Below, piece by piece: positions 19,948 to 29,506 of a DNA stretch of 64,000 nucleotides. A program made the position numbers and the translations under genes. The stretch is from assembly GCF_900547475.1 (NCBI RefSeq), contig NZ_URGW01000019.1; one strand, 5' to 3'. Numbering within the stretch: the first letter of the stretch is position 1; each line of letters begins with the position of its first letter. The stretch comes from an uncultured Clostridium sp. (GTDB lineage: Bacteria > Bacillota > Clostridia > Clostridiales > Clostridiaceae). Below the pieces are notes generated by a model. That model did no database searches. It saw nothing but the letters and a program-made list of their open reading frames with translations, and was not told where the DNA came from.

Positions 19948-20364
19948 GCAGTTTCTACAATAACCATATATTTCAAGACGATGTTCGGTTACATCAAAAT
20001 CCATATCATCTCTTAGATGCTTTTCATAAACACAAAGAGGACAATCGGTTATAGGAAATACTTCTTTACAGTGTTTACAAATCAAGTGATGTTTATGTTC
20101 GGAAGTATTCATTTCATAAGAGGTTTTATTATCATCTCCTAAGATACATTTAGAAATCACATTTTTATTAGATAGAGAATCTAGTATTTTATAAATTGAT
20201 GATAAATTTATAGAAATTGAATTTTCCTTTAATTTTGAATATATTTCTTCAGCACTAAGAGGTTGTGTACTTTCAGATAATACCTGAAGTACAGAAGTTC
20301 TATGCTTAGTTATTTTTAATCCTTTTGATTTAAGTATATCACTAAAGTTAATTTCATTATTCAA
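19927..20364 (-). CDS. zur: Fur family regulator, probably the zinc uptake regulator
   Basis: Motifs GLKITKHR, HHLICKHC, YGYCRNC; last gene of the znu operon; TTG start after GGAGGT (the ORF track begins at 20382). Confidence 0.85.
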   Translation of the reverse strand: MNNEINFSDILKSKGLKITKHRTSVLQVLSESTQPLSAEEIYSKLKENSISINLSSIYKILDSLSNKNVISKCILGDDNKTSYEMNTSEHKHHLICKHCKEVFPITDCPLCVYEKHLRDDMDFDVTEHRLEIYGYCRNCKKMTKE

Positions 20365-20394
20365 TTTACTACCTCCAGGCATTATTTATTTATA

Positions 20395-21237
20395 TTATAC
20401 AAATTTGCGCCTAATAATTAAAGTGATAAAGAATATTACTGCTGATACAAGAACAATTGTTGCACCTGTAACAGTATTTAAATAATATGAAATTATTAGT
20501 CCTGTAATACCAGAGAATACAGCAATTAATACTGAAAACAAATGATATTGACGAACATTTTTAGAAATATTACGAGCTGCAGCAGCTGGTAAAACTAAAA
20601 GGGAATTTATTATTAATAAACCTACCCATCTTACAGTTAAAGTAACTATGACAGCTATGGTACAAGTAAATATAATTTCTATTAATAATGTATTCATACC
20701 ACGACTATTTGCAAGGGAAGGATTTAAACTTGTTATAAGTAATTTATTAAATATTAAAGCCCAAAGTATAATAACCACAATAAATACAAAAAATAGCAAA
20801 ATAATCTCCTTTTGAGTTATGCTAAGTAAATCCCCAACTAAGTAAGATGAAAACTTACTTAAGCTACTAGAAAAACTCATAAGTACTAATCCTAAAGCTA
20901 TTGCAGTAGATGAGAAAACACCAATTATTGTATCTGTTGATGAAGTTCCTTTATTTTTTATAATTGTTATAGATATTGCAAAACAAATTGAAAATAACGT
21001 TGCTCCCCACATTGGATCAATTCCACCTAAAAGAATTCCAATAGCTATTCCTGTAAAAGCACCATGTCCCAAGGAGTCTGCAAAGAAGGACATTTTGTTG
21101 CTAACAACCATAGTACTTAAAAGTCCAAAAAGGGGAGTAACTATTAAAATAGCTAAAAAGGCATTCTTCATAAAATCAAAAGATAGCCATTGAAATGGTA
21201 ATATTGAATAAATAAAATTATATATAGAATCAAACAT
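20395..21237 (-). CDS. znuB: metal (Zn) ABC transporter permease
   Basis: ABC-3 family motifs FFADSLGH, YLVGDLLSI, VGLLIINSLLVLPAAAA. Confidence 0.9.
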   Translation of the reverse strand: MFDSIYNFIYSILPFQWLSFDFMKNAFLAILIVTPLFGLLSTMVVSNKMSFFADSLGHGAFTGIAIGILLGGIDPMWGATLFSICFAISITIIKNKGTSSTDTIIGVFSSTAIALGLVLMSFSSSLSKFSSYLVGDLLSITQKEIILLFFVFIVVIILWALIFNKLLITSLNPSLANSRGMNTLLIEIIFTCTIAVIVTLTVRWVGLLIINSLLVLPAAAARNISKNVRQYHLFSVLIAVFSGITGLIISYYLNTVTGATIVLVSAVIFFITLIIRRKFV

Positions 21238-21240
21238 ATC

Positions 21241-22035
21241 TTAAATGCCTCCTGTTTTAGATGAGTCTTCATTAGAATTATTTAATGATAATCCGAATAT
21301 TTTTTGTGTAGCAGGATTATTAAAAACTTGTTTTGGACTACCAGAACAAACTATTGTACCATTTACAAGTGCTACACGGTCAGAATATTTATAAACTAAA
21401 TCTAAATCATGAGAAACTAAGATAATTGATAAATCATAATTCTTTTTGATGTCCATAAGTATTTCATAAAATAATTCTAATCCATTTTGATCAACTCCAG
21501 ATACAGGTTCATCTAATAGTAATATGTTAGGAATTGGATCAAGTGCTAATGCAAGTAAAACTCTTTGAAGTTCTCCACCAGATAAAGCTCCAAGACGTCT
21601 ATCTATTAAATGAGGAACTTTTACTCTTTTTAGGCTTTCTAATACATCTTTTCGGATTTTCTTTTTAGGCTTTAACCATGAAGGCATAGAAGTCTTACAA
21701 CAGACAAATAAATCAAGAACACTAATAGGAGTATCTTTATCAAAGGTTAAATATTGAGGAACATATCCAATTATAGGTTGATGATATTTATTGTCATTTT
21801 GTCCAATAAAGTTTAAATTTCCAGAATGTTTAACTTCTCCAAGTAAGGCTTTAAGTAATGTGCTTTTACCAGCCCCATTTGGTCCAATAATAGATGTAAG
21901 TTCTCCACAATGAATATGGAGATTTACATCTTTAAGTATTTCATTATTACCAATAGTAACTGAAAAGTTTTCGATTTTTGTGCAACAAAAGTTATTGCAG
22001 ATATTATTTTTATTGAAGTTAGCTTTTTTTATCAT
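21241..22035 (-). CDS. znuC: metal (Zn) ABC transporter ATPase
   Basis: Motifs GPNGAGKST, IGYVPQ, LSGGELQRV, LDEP, VSHD. Confidence 0.92.
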   Translation of the reverse strand: MIKKANFNKNNICNNFCCTKIENFSVTIGNNEILKDVNLHIHCGELTSIIGPNGAGKSTLLKALLGEVKHSGNLNFIGQNDNKYHQPIIGYVPQYLTFDKDTPISVLDLFVCCKTSMPSWLKPKKKIRKDVLESLKRVKVPHLIDRRLGALSGGELQRVLLALALDPIPNILLLDEPVSGVDQNGLELFYEILMDIKKNYDLSIILVSHDLDLVYKYSDRVALVNGTIVCSGSPKQVFNNPATQKIFGLSLNNSNEDSSKTGGI

Positions 22036-23021
22036 TTTAATGCCTCTTTTAATACATTAAGATTTTCTTTCATTTTATTTATATAATCATCATAAGCATC
22101 AGGAGTAGAGTCTCCTGTTACTATAGGATCTAACTCATAAACTGTAGCGTCAGTTTCAGTTGCTATAGTTTCAGCAATTTTAGAAGAGTATTGAGGTTCA
22201 GTAAATAAAGCTTTTATATTTTTTGATTTTATAGTGTTAATTATTTCTTCAATTTCTTTTGCTGACGGTTCAGAATCAGGTTCTATTACAATAACACCAG
22301 CTATGTTTAAATTAAATTCTTTAGCAAAGTAAGGAAATGCTTCATGGAATGTAATTATATCTCTATTTGTTAAACTATCTAATTCTGCATGCATTTCATT
22401 TTTTAAGTTTTCTAATTTAGAAACATAAGTGTTAGTGTTTGACTCATAAGCTTCTTTGTTCTCAGGATTTAAATCTTCAAGTTGCGAAGAAATATTTTTT
22501 ACTTCTTCTATGTTGCCTGTTACACTAACCCATACATGAGCATTATATTCATGATCATGCCCATCATCTTCAGAATGTTCATCTTCAGAATGTTCATCTT
22601 CAGTATCGTGATCATGATCGTGGTCATCATGGCTGTGAGTATCATCTTCTAAAAGAGAGAGACCTTTAGTTGCATCAACTATTTGAAGATTAGGGTATTG
22701 TGAAATTATATCATCTAAAAAAGACTCCATTCCAGCACCATTTACAACTAGAATATCAGCCTTTTCTAATGTTTTTAAATCTTGAGGTGTAAGCTGATAA
22801 TCATGAAGACATCCTGTTTGTGATTTAGTCATATTTGTAACAGTTACATTTGGAATATCTTTTGTAATGTTAATTGTTGATATATATAGTGGATAAAAAG
22901 AAGTTACTATATTTAAAGTATCTTCATTAGTTTTATTTGAATCCACATTATTATTACAACTTATAAATAAGAATGATGTTGCAATAATTAGTGTCAGTAG
23001 TTTTGGTAATTTTAATTTCAT
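22032..23021 (-). CDS. znuA: Zn-binding lipoprotein (ZnuA/AdcA) with a His/Asp/Glu-rich loop
   Basis: Lipobox FISC; motifs TSFYP, CLHDY, AHVW, FHEAFPYF; HD-rich loop; RBS AGGAGG before the ATG at 23021. Confidence 0.92.
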   Translation of the reverse strand: MKLKLPKLLTLIIATSFLFISCNNNVDSNKTNEDTLNIVTSFYPLYISTINITKDIPNVTVTNMTKSQTGCLHDYQLTPQDLKTLEKADILVVNGAGMESFLDDIISQYPNLQIVDATKGLSLLEDDTHSHDDHDHDHDTEDEHSEDEHSEDDGHDHEYNAHVWVSVTGNIEEVKNISSQLEDLNPENKEAYESNTNTYVSKLENLKNEMHAELDSLTNRDIITFHEAFPYFAKEFNLNIAGVIVIEPDSEPSAKEIEEIINTIKSKNIKALFTEPQYSSKIAETIATETDATVYELDPIVTGDSTPDAYDDYINKMKENLNVLKEALK

Positions 23022-23040
23022 AACTTGTCCTCCTAAAGTC

Positions 23041-23061
23041 AAATGATAATAATTTGCAATT
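23041..23061. promoter_or_regulatory. Zur/Fur box
   Basis: Pseudo-palindrome AAATGATAAT-A-ATTTGCAATT between the minus-strand -10 (TATAAT, 23071-23076) and the znuA RBS. Confidence 0.65.
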
Positions 23062-23170
23062 ATAATAAACATTATACTACTTTTATTGAAAAAGTAAATT
23101 AAAATTTTTATTTTAATTTCTATTTAACATTATATATATCGACAATAAAATATAAAAAGTTATTATCTGT

Positions 23171-23205
23171 GAACGAATAAATAAAAAAATAAATAAATGT
23201 TCGTA
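23171..23205 (+). promoter_or_regulatory. PurR-box-like operator
   Basis: GAAC-N24-GTTC (23171-23202) with CGAA and AAATGTTCG cores, upstream of a purine permease. Confidence 0.6.
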
Positions 23206-23314
23206 AAAGGTATTGGCATTTTAAAAATTTCTGCTATTATATAAAAGTAAACTCGTTTCTTAGGAAAGAAACCGGTAGATTTAATTAACAAAAGATATAA
23301 AGGAGATTATATTA

Positions 23315-24622
23315 ATGAATAACTTTTTAGATAATTTCTTTAAGCTTAAAGAAAACAATACAAATGTTAAAACAGAATTTATAGCTGGTATTACTACATT
23401 TATGACTATGGCATATATATTAATAGTCAACCCTTCAATTTTAGCAGCTGCAGGAATGGATTCAGGAGCTGTATTTACGGCAACTGCATTGTCAGCAATA
23501 ATTGCAACGTTAGTAATGGGGTTATATGCAAAATTACCTTTTGCTCAAGCTCCAGGTATGGGATTAAACGCATTCTTTGCATATAATGTAGTTCTATCAA
23601 TGGGATATTCATATCAATTTGCATTAACTGCAGTTTTATTAGAAGGATTAATATTTGTATTATTAACAGTATTTAATGTAAGAGAAGTTATTGTTGATTC
23701 AATTCCAGTAAATATTAAAAGAGCTATTTCTGTAGGAATAGGATTATTTATAGCATTACTTGGACTTGAAGGAGCTGGAGTAGTTGTTCATCCAGCTGAT
23801 GGAGGAACTATAGTTGCTTTAGGTAATATTACGTCAGGAACAGGACTTTTAGCAATTATAGGTATAGTAATTACAGGGATATTAGTAGCAAGAAAAGTTA
23901 AAGGTGCATTATTCTTAGGAATGATAATAACAGCAGTAATAGGTATACCAATGGGCATAATAGATATGCCTAATAAAATCTTTAGTATGCCACCATCAAT
24001 CAGTTCAACATTTATGCAATTTGAATGGAGTAATATTTTCTCTATAGATATGGCAATAGCATTATTTACATTATTGTTTATGGATATGTTTGATACTATA
24101 GGAACTTTAGTAGGTGTTGCAACTAAAGCAAATATGCTAGATAAAGATGGAAAGGTTCCTAATATTAAAAAGGCTCTTTTAGCAGATGCAGTAGGAACAA
24201 CAGTAGGAGCATGTCTTGGGACAAGTACAGTTAGTACTTTTGTTGAAAGTGCTGCAGGTGTAGCAGAAGGTGGAAGAACAGGATTAACAGCGCTATCTAC
24301 AGCATTTATGTTCTTCTTAGCATTATTTTTATCACCAGTATTTGGAGTAATTACTTCAGCAGTAACAGCTTCAGTTTTAGTTGTTGTTGGATTATTTATG
24401 ATTGAAAATATAAAGGAATTAAATTTAGAAGATTATACAGAAGCAATTCCAGCATTTTTAACAATAATAATGATGCCATTTGCATATTCAATTTCAGATG
24501 GGATAGTATTTGGAGTTGTATCATATATAATATTAAAAGTATTTACTGGAAGATGGAAAGAGGTCACTTGGCCTACAGTAATAGTTGGAATAATATTTGT
24601 AATGAAGTTCATATTTATATAA
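23315..24622 (+). CDS. NCS2/AzgA family guanine/hypoxanthine permease (PbuG-like)
   Basis: Motifs AGITTFMTMAYILIVNP, APGMGLNAFF, FDTIGT, ESAAGVAEGGRTGLT. Confidence 0.94.
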   Translation: MNNFLDNFFKLKENNTNVKTEFIAGITTFMTMAYILIVNPSILAAAGMDSGAVFTATALSAIIATLVMGLYAKLPFAQAPGMGLNAFFAYNVVLSMGYSYQFALTAVLLEGLIFVLLTVFNVREVIVDSIPVNIKRAISVGIGLFIALLGLEGAGVVVHPADGGTIVALGNITSGTGLLAIIGIVITGILVARKVKGALFLGMIITAVIGIPMGIIDMPNKIFSMPPSISSTFMQFEWSNIFSIDMAIALFTLLFMDMFDTIGTLVGVATKANMLDKDGKVPNIKKALLADAVGTTVGACLGTSTVSTFVESAAGVAEGGRTGLTALSTAFMFFLALFLSPVFGVITSAVTASVLVVVGLFMIENIKELNLEDYTEAIPAFLTIIMMPFAYSISDGIVFGVVSYIILKVFTGRWKEVTWPTVIVGIIFVMKFIFI

Positions 24623-24632
24623 AATTAAATTT

Positions 24633-24671
24633 TAAAAGCTCACTTTAATTAAGAGTTAAAGTGAGCTTTTA
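24633..24671. terminator. bidirectional terminator
   Basis: Stem TAAAAGCTCACTTTAA / TTAAAGTGAGCTTTTA between convergent genes. Confidence 0.8.
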
Positions 24672-24719
24672 TTTTTTAGAACAATTTCTTATATTTAAAA
24701 ATATAGTATAAAGATAATT

Positions 24720-25160
24720 CTAAAGTTTCTTTATTATAGTTAATAATGTATCTAAAGAAGAAGATAAATTGCTTATATCTTCATCACTTAAAGGAGAAAG
24801 TTTTTCTTTTATTACTTCTTTAATATATTCCTTACCTTCTTTTAAAACTTCTATTGCTTTAGGCGTAGCTTGTATTAATATAACTCTTCTATCAGTAGGA
24901 TTATAATCTCTAGTAACAAGGCCATCTTCAACTAATTTATCGATTACAGGTGTCATATTAGGTTTAGATATACAAAGTTCTTTTGCCATTTTAGAAATAG
25001 GAAGTGGTCCGTTATGAACTAAATAAAATAATACTTTTATATGTGAATGAGGAATATTAAATTTTTTTGCAAGAATATTAGGGTTAAAAATATGTTTATT
25101 TAGAGAGAATAATAATAGATATAAATTATCAGATATATCATTTAAATTTAAAGTAGTCAT
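24720..25160 (-). CDS. MarR family regulator
   Basis: Winged helix SKPNMTPVIDKLVEDGLVTR...DRRVILI; divergent from the ABC exporter. Confidence 0.93.
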   Translation of the reverse strand: MTTLNLNDISDNLYLLLFSLNKHIFNPNILAKKFNIPHSHIKVLFYLVHNGPLPISKMAKELCISKPNMTPVIDKLVEDGLVTRDYNPTDRRVILIQATPKAIEVLKEGKEYIKEVIKEKLSPLSDEDISNLSSSLDTLLTIIKKL

Positions 25161-25222
25161 GTTAGCCTCCTTACAATACTAATTGATAATATTATAATCT
25201 ATTAAAAAATAGTTTACAATAT

Positions 25223-25298
25223 ATAGTTATAAAAATATAACTATTATAAAAAAGTAACAATTTTTATTGACAGAGAATAGTTATAAAAATATAATTAT
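25223..25298. promoter_or_regulatory. tandem MarR operators overlapping a consensus sigma-A promoter
   Basis: ATAGTTATA-N4-TATAA(C/T)TAT at 25223-25244 and 25277-25298; TTGACA (25267-25272), 17-bp spacer, TATAAT (25290-25295). Confidence 0.75.
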
Positions 25299-25344
25299 TA
25301 TAAAAATAGAAATATACTAAATTTAAATAAGGAGAGGAGAGCTT

Positions 25345-27588
25345 ATGCTTAATTTATTAAAACATTTAAAGCCTTTCGTTGCTTCAATGATACTTGCAAT
25401 AGCACTTTTATTTGTTCAAGCTATATGTGATTTATCATTGCCAGACTATATGTCCAATATAGTTAATGTTGGAATACAACAAGGTGGAGTAGAAAATGCT
25501 GTTCCTAAAGTTATTAAATCATCAGAAATGGAAAAGTTATTTATTTTCATGAGTGATGAAGAAAAAAATAATATCAAGAACAATTATACTTTGTTAGATA
25601 AAGATAACCTTACTATAGATGAGTATAATAAGTATCTAAAAGATTATCCAGAGTTAGAAAATGAAACTATTTATAAGTTAAATACTAATGAAGAGGAAAA
25701 AATAAACAAGTTAAATGATATATTTGGAAAACCAATGCTTATTGTTTCAATGTTAGAATCACAAGGCTTAAATGGAGTTCCAGGTATTGATGGTATGTTA
25801 CCGCAAGGTATGGACTTATCTAATATGGATCCTTTTCAAATGCTAAGTATTATGTCTAAAGAACAGATAGATAATATGTTAGCAAATGTGGATGAGAAAT
25901 TAGCAGATATGCCTGAAAGTATGATAACTCAAGCTGCTACTAGTTATGTGAAGGATCAATATAAAGAAGTTGGAATCAATACTGATAAGCTTCAATCTAA
26001 CTATGTAATTATGGCTGGATTAAAAATGGTAGGTATCGCTTTAATTAGTATGGTAGCTACAGTTATTGTAAGTTTTATTGCTGCAAGAGTTGGTGCCGCA
26101 TTAGGTAGAAATTTAAGAAAAGATGTATTTAAAAAGGTTGTAGGATTTTCAAATACTGAATTTGATGAATTTTCAACGGCATCACTTATTACAAGAACAA
26201 CAAATGATATACAACAAATTCTTATGCTTGTTGTAATGGGATTAAGAATTGTATTCTATGCACCAATTTTAGGTGTTGGAGGTGTTATTAAAGTTATTAA
26301 TACTGGAGCATCAATGGGATGGGTAATTGGAGTTGCAGTAATATCAATATTACTTTTAGTAATTGTATTATTCAGTTTTGCTATGCCAAAGTTCAAAAGT
26401 GTACAAAAGCTTGTTGATAGATTAAATCTTGTTACAAGAGAAAGTTTAACTGGTATGCTTGTTATTCGTGCATTTAGTACTCAAAAGTATGAAGAAGAAA
26501 AATTTGAAGTTGCTAATAAAAACTTAACAAGAACAAATCTTTTTGTTAATAGAGTTATGACAATAATGATGCCATTAATGATGTTCATTATGAACGCAAT
26601 AACATTACTAATTGTATGGGTTGGAGCACATAGAATTGATGAAGGTATTATGCAAGTTGGAACAATGATGGCATTTATGCAATATACTATGCAAATAATC
26701 ATGGCATTTTTAATGATATCAATGGTTTCAGTTATATTACCAAGAGCAATGGTCTCTGCTCAACGTGTATCTGAGGTTTTAAATGTTGATGTGGCAATTA
26801 AAGATTCTGAAAAGCTACAAATGTTTAACGAAAATGAAAAAGGAACTATTGAATTTAAAAATGTTTCATTTAGGTATCCTGGTGCGGATGAAGATGTAAT
26901 AAGTAATGTTAGCTTTAAAGCATTCCCAGGAGAAACTACTGCATTTATTGGTAGTACTGGTAGTGGTAAATCAACATTAATTAATTTAATACCTCGTTTT
27001 TATGATGTAACAGAAGGGGAAATATTAATTGATGGTGTAAATATAAAGAATGTATCCCAATATGACTTAAGAGAAAAAATAGGATTTATTCCACAAAAGG
27101 GACTTTTATTCTCTGGTACAATTGAAAGTAATTTAAAGTATGGTGGAGATCATATAGTTGATGAGGATATGATAAAGGCTTCTGAAATTGCTCAAGCAAT
27201 GGAGTTTATAAACAGTAAAGAAGAGAGATTTAATACAGAGATTGCTCAAGGTGGTACAAATGTATCTGGTGGACAAAAACAAAGATTAGCAATTGCTCGT
27301 GCTATAGCTAAAAAGCCAGAAGTATTTATATTTGATGATAGTTTCTCTGCATTAGACTTTAAAACTGATGCTAAACTTAGAAAAGCAATAAATACTGAAT
27401 TAAAAGAAAGTACACTTTTAATTGTTGCTCAAAGAATAAGTACTATAATGAATGCAAATCAAATTATAGTACTTGATGAAGGTAAGGTTGTTGGTAAAGG
27501 AACTCATAAAGAGCTTATGGAAAACTGTGAAGTTTACCAACAAATAGCTCTATCACAACTTTCAAAGGAGGAGCTTTCAAATGAGTAA
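25345..27588 (+). CDS. heterodimeric ABC exporter subunit with a degenerate ATP site (TM287-like)
   Basis: TMD plus NBD; GSTGSGKS, degenerate Walker B FDD, switch Gln (VAQR); large insert between TM1 and TM2. Confidence 0.92.
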   Translation: MLNLLKHLKPFVASMILAIALLFVQAICDLSLPDYMSNIVNVGIQQGGVENAVPKVIKSSEMEKLFIFMSDEEKNNIKNNYTLLDKDNLTIDEYNKYLKDYPELENETIYKLNTNEEEKINKLNDIFGKPMLIVSMLESQGLNGVPGIDGMLPQGMDLSNMDPFQMLSIMSKEQIDNMLANVDEKLADMPESMITQAATSYVKDQYKEVGINTDKLQSNYVIMAGLKMVGIALISMVATVIVSFIAARVGAALGRNLRKDVFKKVVGFSNTEFDEFSTASLITRTTNDIQQILMLVVMGLRIVFYAPILGVGGVIKVINTGASMGWVIGVAVISILLLVIVLFSFAMPKFKSVQKLVDRLNLVTRESLTGMLVIRAFSTQKYEEEKFEVANKNLTRTNLFVNRVMTIMMPLMMFIMNAITLLIVWVGAHRIDEGIMQVGTMMAFMQYTMQIIMAFLMISMVSVILPRAMVSAQRVSEVLNVDVAIKDSEKLQMFNENEKGTIEFKNVSFRYPGADEDVISNVSFKAFPGETTAFIGSTGSGKSTLINLIPRFYDVTEGEILIDGVNIKNVSQYDLREKIGFIPQKGLLFSGTIESNLKYGGDHIVDEDMIKASEIAQAMEFINSKEERFNTEIAQGGTNVSGGQKQRLAIARAIAKKPEVFIFDDSFSALDFKTDAKLRKAINTELKESTLLIVAQRISTIMNANQIIVLDEGKVVGKGTHKELMENCEVYQQIALSQLSKEELSNE

Positions 27589-29431
27589 ACATAAAATGAG
27601 AGGCCCAATGGGTGGAGGTCCAATGGGCGGAATGGCAAGAGGTGGCGAAAAGGCTAAAGATTTTAAAAAGACTATGAAAACTCTGGGGAAGTATTTAAAG
27701 CCTTATAGCCTATCAATAATAATAGTTATAATATTTGCTATTGGTTCTGCTGCATTTTCAATTGTAGGACCAAAGATATTAGGGGAAGCAACTACAGAAA
27801 TATTCAATGGATTAGTAAAAAAAGTTACAACTACTAATGCAGAAGGAATTAATTTTACTCGTATAGGAGAAATAATTTTATTTTTAGTAGGACTATATTT
27901 AGTTAGCGTAATTTTCTCATTAATACAAGGATGGGTAATGTCAGGAATTGCTCAAAAGGTGTCCTATAATATGAGAAAAGAAATATCAGAAAAGATTAAT
28001 AGAATGCCTCTTAAGTATTTTGATACTAAAACTCATGGTGAAGTATTATCAAGAGTAACAAATGATGTTGATACTGTAAGCCAAACTTTAAATCAAAGTT
28101 TATCACAAATGTTAACATCAGCAACTACACTTGTTGGTGTACTTATAATGATGTTCTCTATAAATTGGATAATGACATTGGCTTCATTAATTGTAATTCC
28201 AGTATCAGCAGGGTTAATTGCTTTTGTTGTTAAGAAGTCTCAAAGATATTTTAAAACTCAACAAGAGTATTTAGGATATGTTAATGGTCAAGTTGAAGAA
28301 GTTTATTCTGGCCATAATGTAATGAAAGCTTTTAATGCAGAAGAAAGAGAAATTAATAAATTTAATGAGCTTAATGATACACTTTATAATAGTGCATGGA
28401 AATCACAATTTTTATCAGGTATGATGATGCCTATAATGACTTTTGTAGGTAATTTAGGATATGTAATAGTATCAATACTTGGTGGATGGTTAACTATTAA
28501 AAAGGTTATTGAAGTTGGTGATATTTTATCTTTCGTTCAATATATTAGATCATTTATGCAACCAATTGCTCAAACAGCGCAAATAGCAAATGTACTTCAA
28601 TCAACTGCAGCAGCTGCTGAAAGAGTGTTTGAATTTTTAGATGAAGAAGAAGAAAGTTTAGATGTTGAACATCCAATAAGTACTGAAGATATAGAAGGAC
28701 AGGTTGACTTTAAAGATGTTCATTTTGGATACAATCCAGAAAGAACTATTATTAACAATTTTACAGCTCATGTAAAACCAGGACAAAGAGTTGCTATAGT
28801 AGGACCAACTGGTGCTGGTAAGACAACAATGGTTAAGCTTCTTATGAGATTCTATGATGTTAATGATGGTGCTATTTTAATTGATGGTCATAATATTAAA
28901 GAGTTTAGAAGAAATGATTTAAGAAAAATGTTTGGTATGGTTCTTCAAGATACATGGTTATTTAATGGAACTATAATGGAAAATCTACGTTATGGTAGAT
29001 TAGATGCTACAGATGAAGAGATTAAAGAAGCAGCTAAAGCAGCTCATGTTCATAGCTTTATAAAAACATTACCTCATGGTTATGATATGGAACTTAATGA
29101 GGAAGCAAGCAATGTATCACAAGGTCAAAAGCAATTATTAACTATTGCTCGTGCAATACTAGCAGATCCTAAAATATTAATACTTGATGAAGCTACAAGT
29201 TCTGTTGACACAAGAACAGAAGTATTAATTCAAAAGGCTATGGATAATTTGATGCACGGAAGAACTAGTTTTATAATTGCACATAGATTATCTACTATTA
29301 GAGATGCAGACCTTATTCTTGTTATGAAAGATGGGGATATAGTTGAACAAGGAAATCATGAAGAGCTATTAGCTAAGAATGGATTCTATGCAAATCTTTA
29401 TAATAGCCAATTTGAAGGTGCAGAGGCATAA
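27581..29431 (+). CDS. heterodimeric ABC exporter subunit with the consensus ATP site (TM288-like)
   Basis: Motifs GPTGAGKT, SQGQKQ, LDEATS, AHRL; overlaps its partner gene. Confidence 0.93.
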   Translation: MSKHKMRGPMGGGPMGGMARGGEKAKDFKKTMKTLGKYLKPYSLSIIIVIIFAIGSAAFSIVGPKILGEATTEIFNGLVKKVTTTNAEGINFTRIGEIILFLVGLYLVSVIFSLIQGWVMSGIAQKVSYNMRKEISEKINRMPLKYFDTKTHGEVLSRVTNDVDTVSQTLNQSLSQMLTSATTLVGVLIMMFSINWIMTLASLIVIPVSAGLIAFVVKKSQRYFKTQQEYLGYVNGQVEEVYSGHNVMKAFNAEEREINKFNELNDTLYNSAWKSQFLSGMMMPIMTFVGNLGYVIVSILGGWLTIKKVIEVGDILSFVQYIRSFMQPIAQTAQIANVLQSTAAAAERVFEFLDEEEESLDVEHPISTEDIEGQVDFKDVHFGYNPERTIINNFTAHVKPGQRVAIVGPTGAGKTTMVKLLMRFYDVNDGAILIDGHNIKEFRRNDLRKMFGMVLQDTWLFNGTIMENLRYGRLDATDEEIKEAAKAAHVHSFIKTLPHGYDMELNEEASNVSQGQKQLLTIARAILADPKILILDEATSSVDTRTEVLIQKAMDNLMHGRTSFIIAHRLSTIRDADLILVMKDGDIVEQGNHEELLAKNGFYANLYNSQFEGAEA

Positions 29432-29473
29432 AAGTTAACTATGTAAAATGACAAATAGAATTAATTAAACTTT

Positions 29474-29506
29474 AACAAGGTGGATTATAAAACCCACCTT
29501 GTTTTT
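29474..29506. terminator. terminator between convergent genes
   Basis: Stem AACAAGGTGG / CCACCTTGTT with a T tail. Confidence 0.75.

Noticed and set aside
23240..23314. Purine riboswitch before the NCS2 permease
   Set aside because: The leader is short, with only a small GTTTCTT/AAGAAAC hairpin; the aptamer core motifs are missing. PurR-like boxes explain the regulation better.
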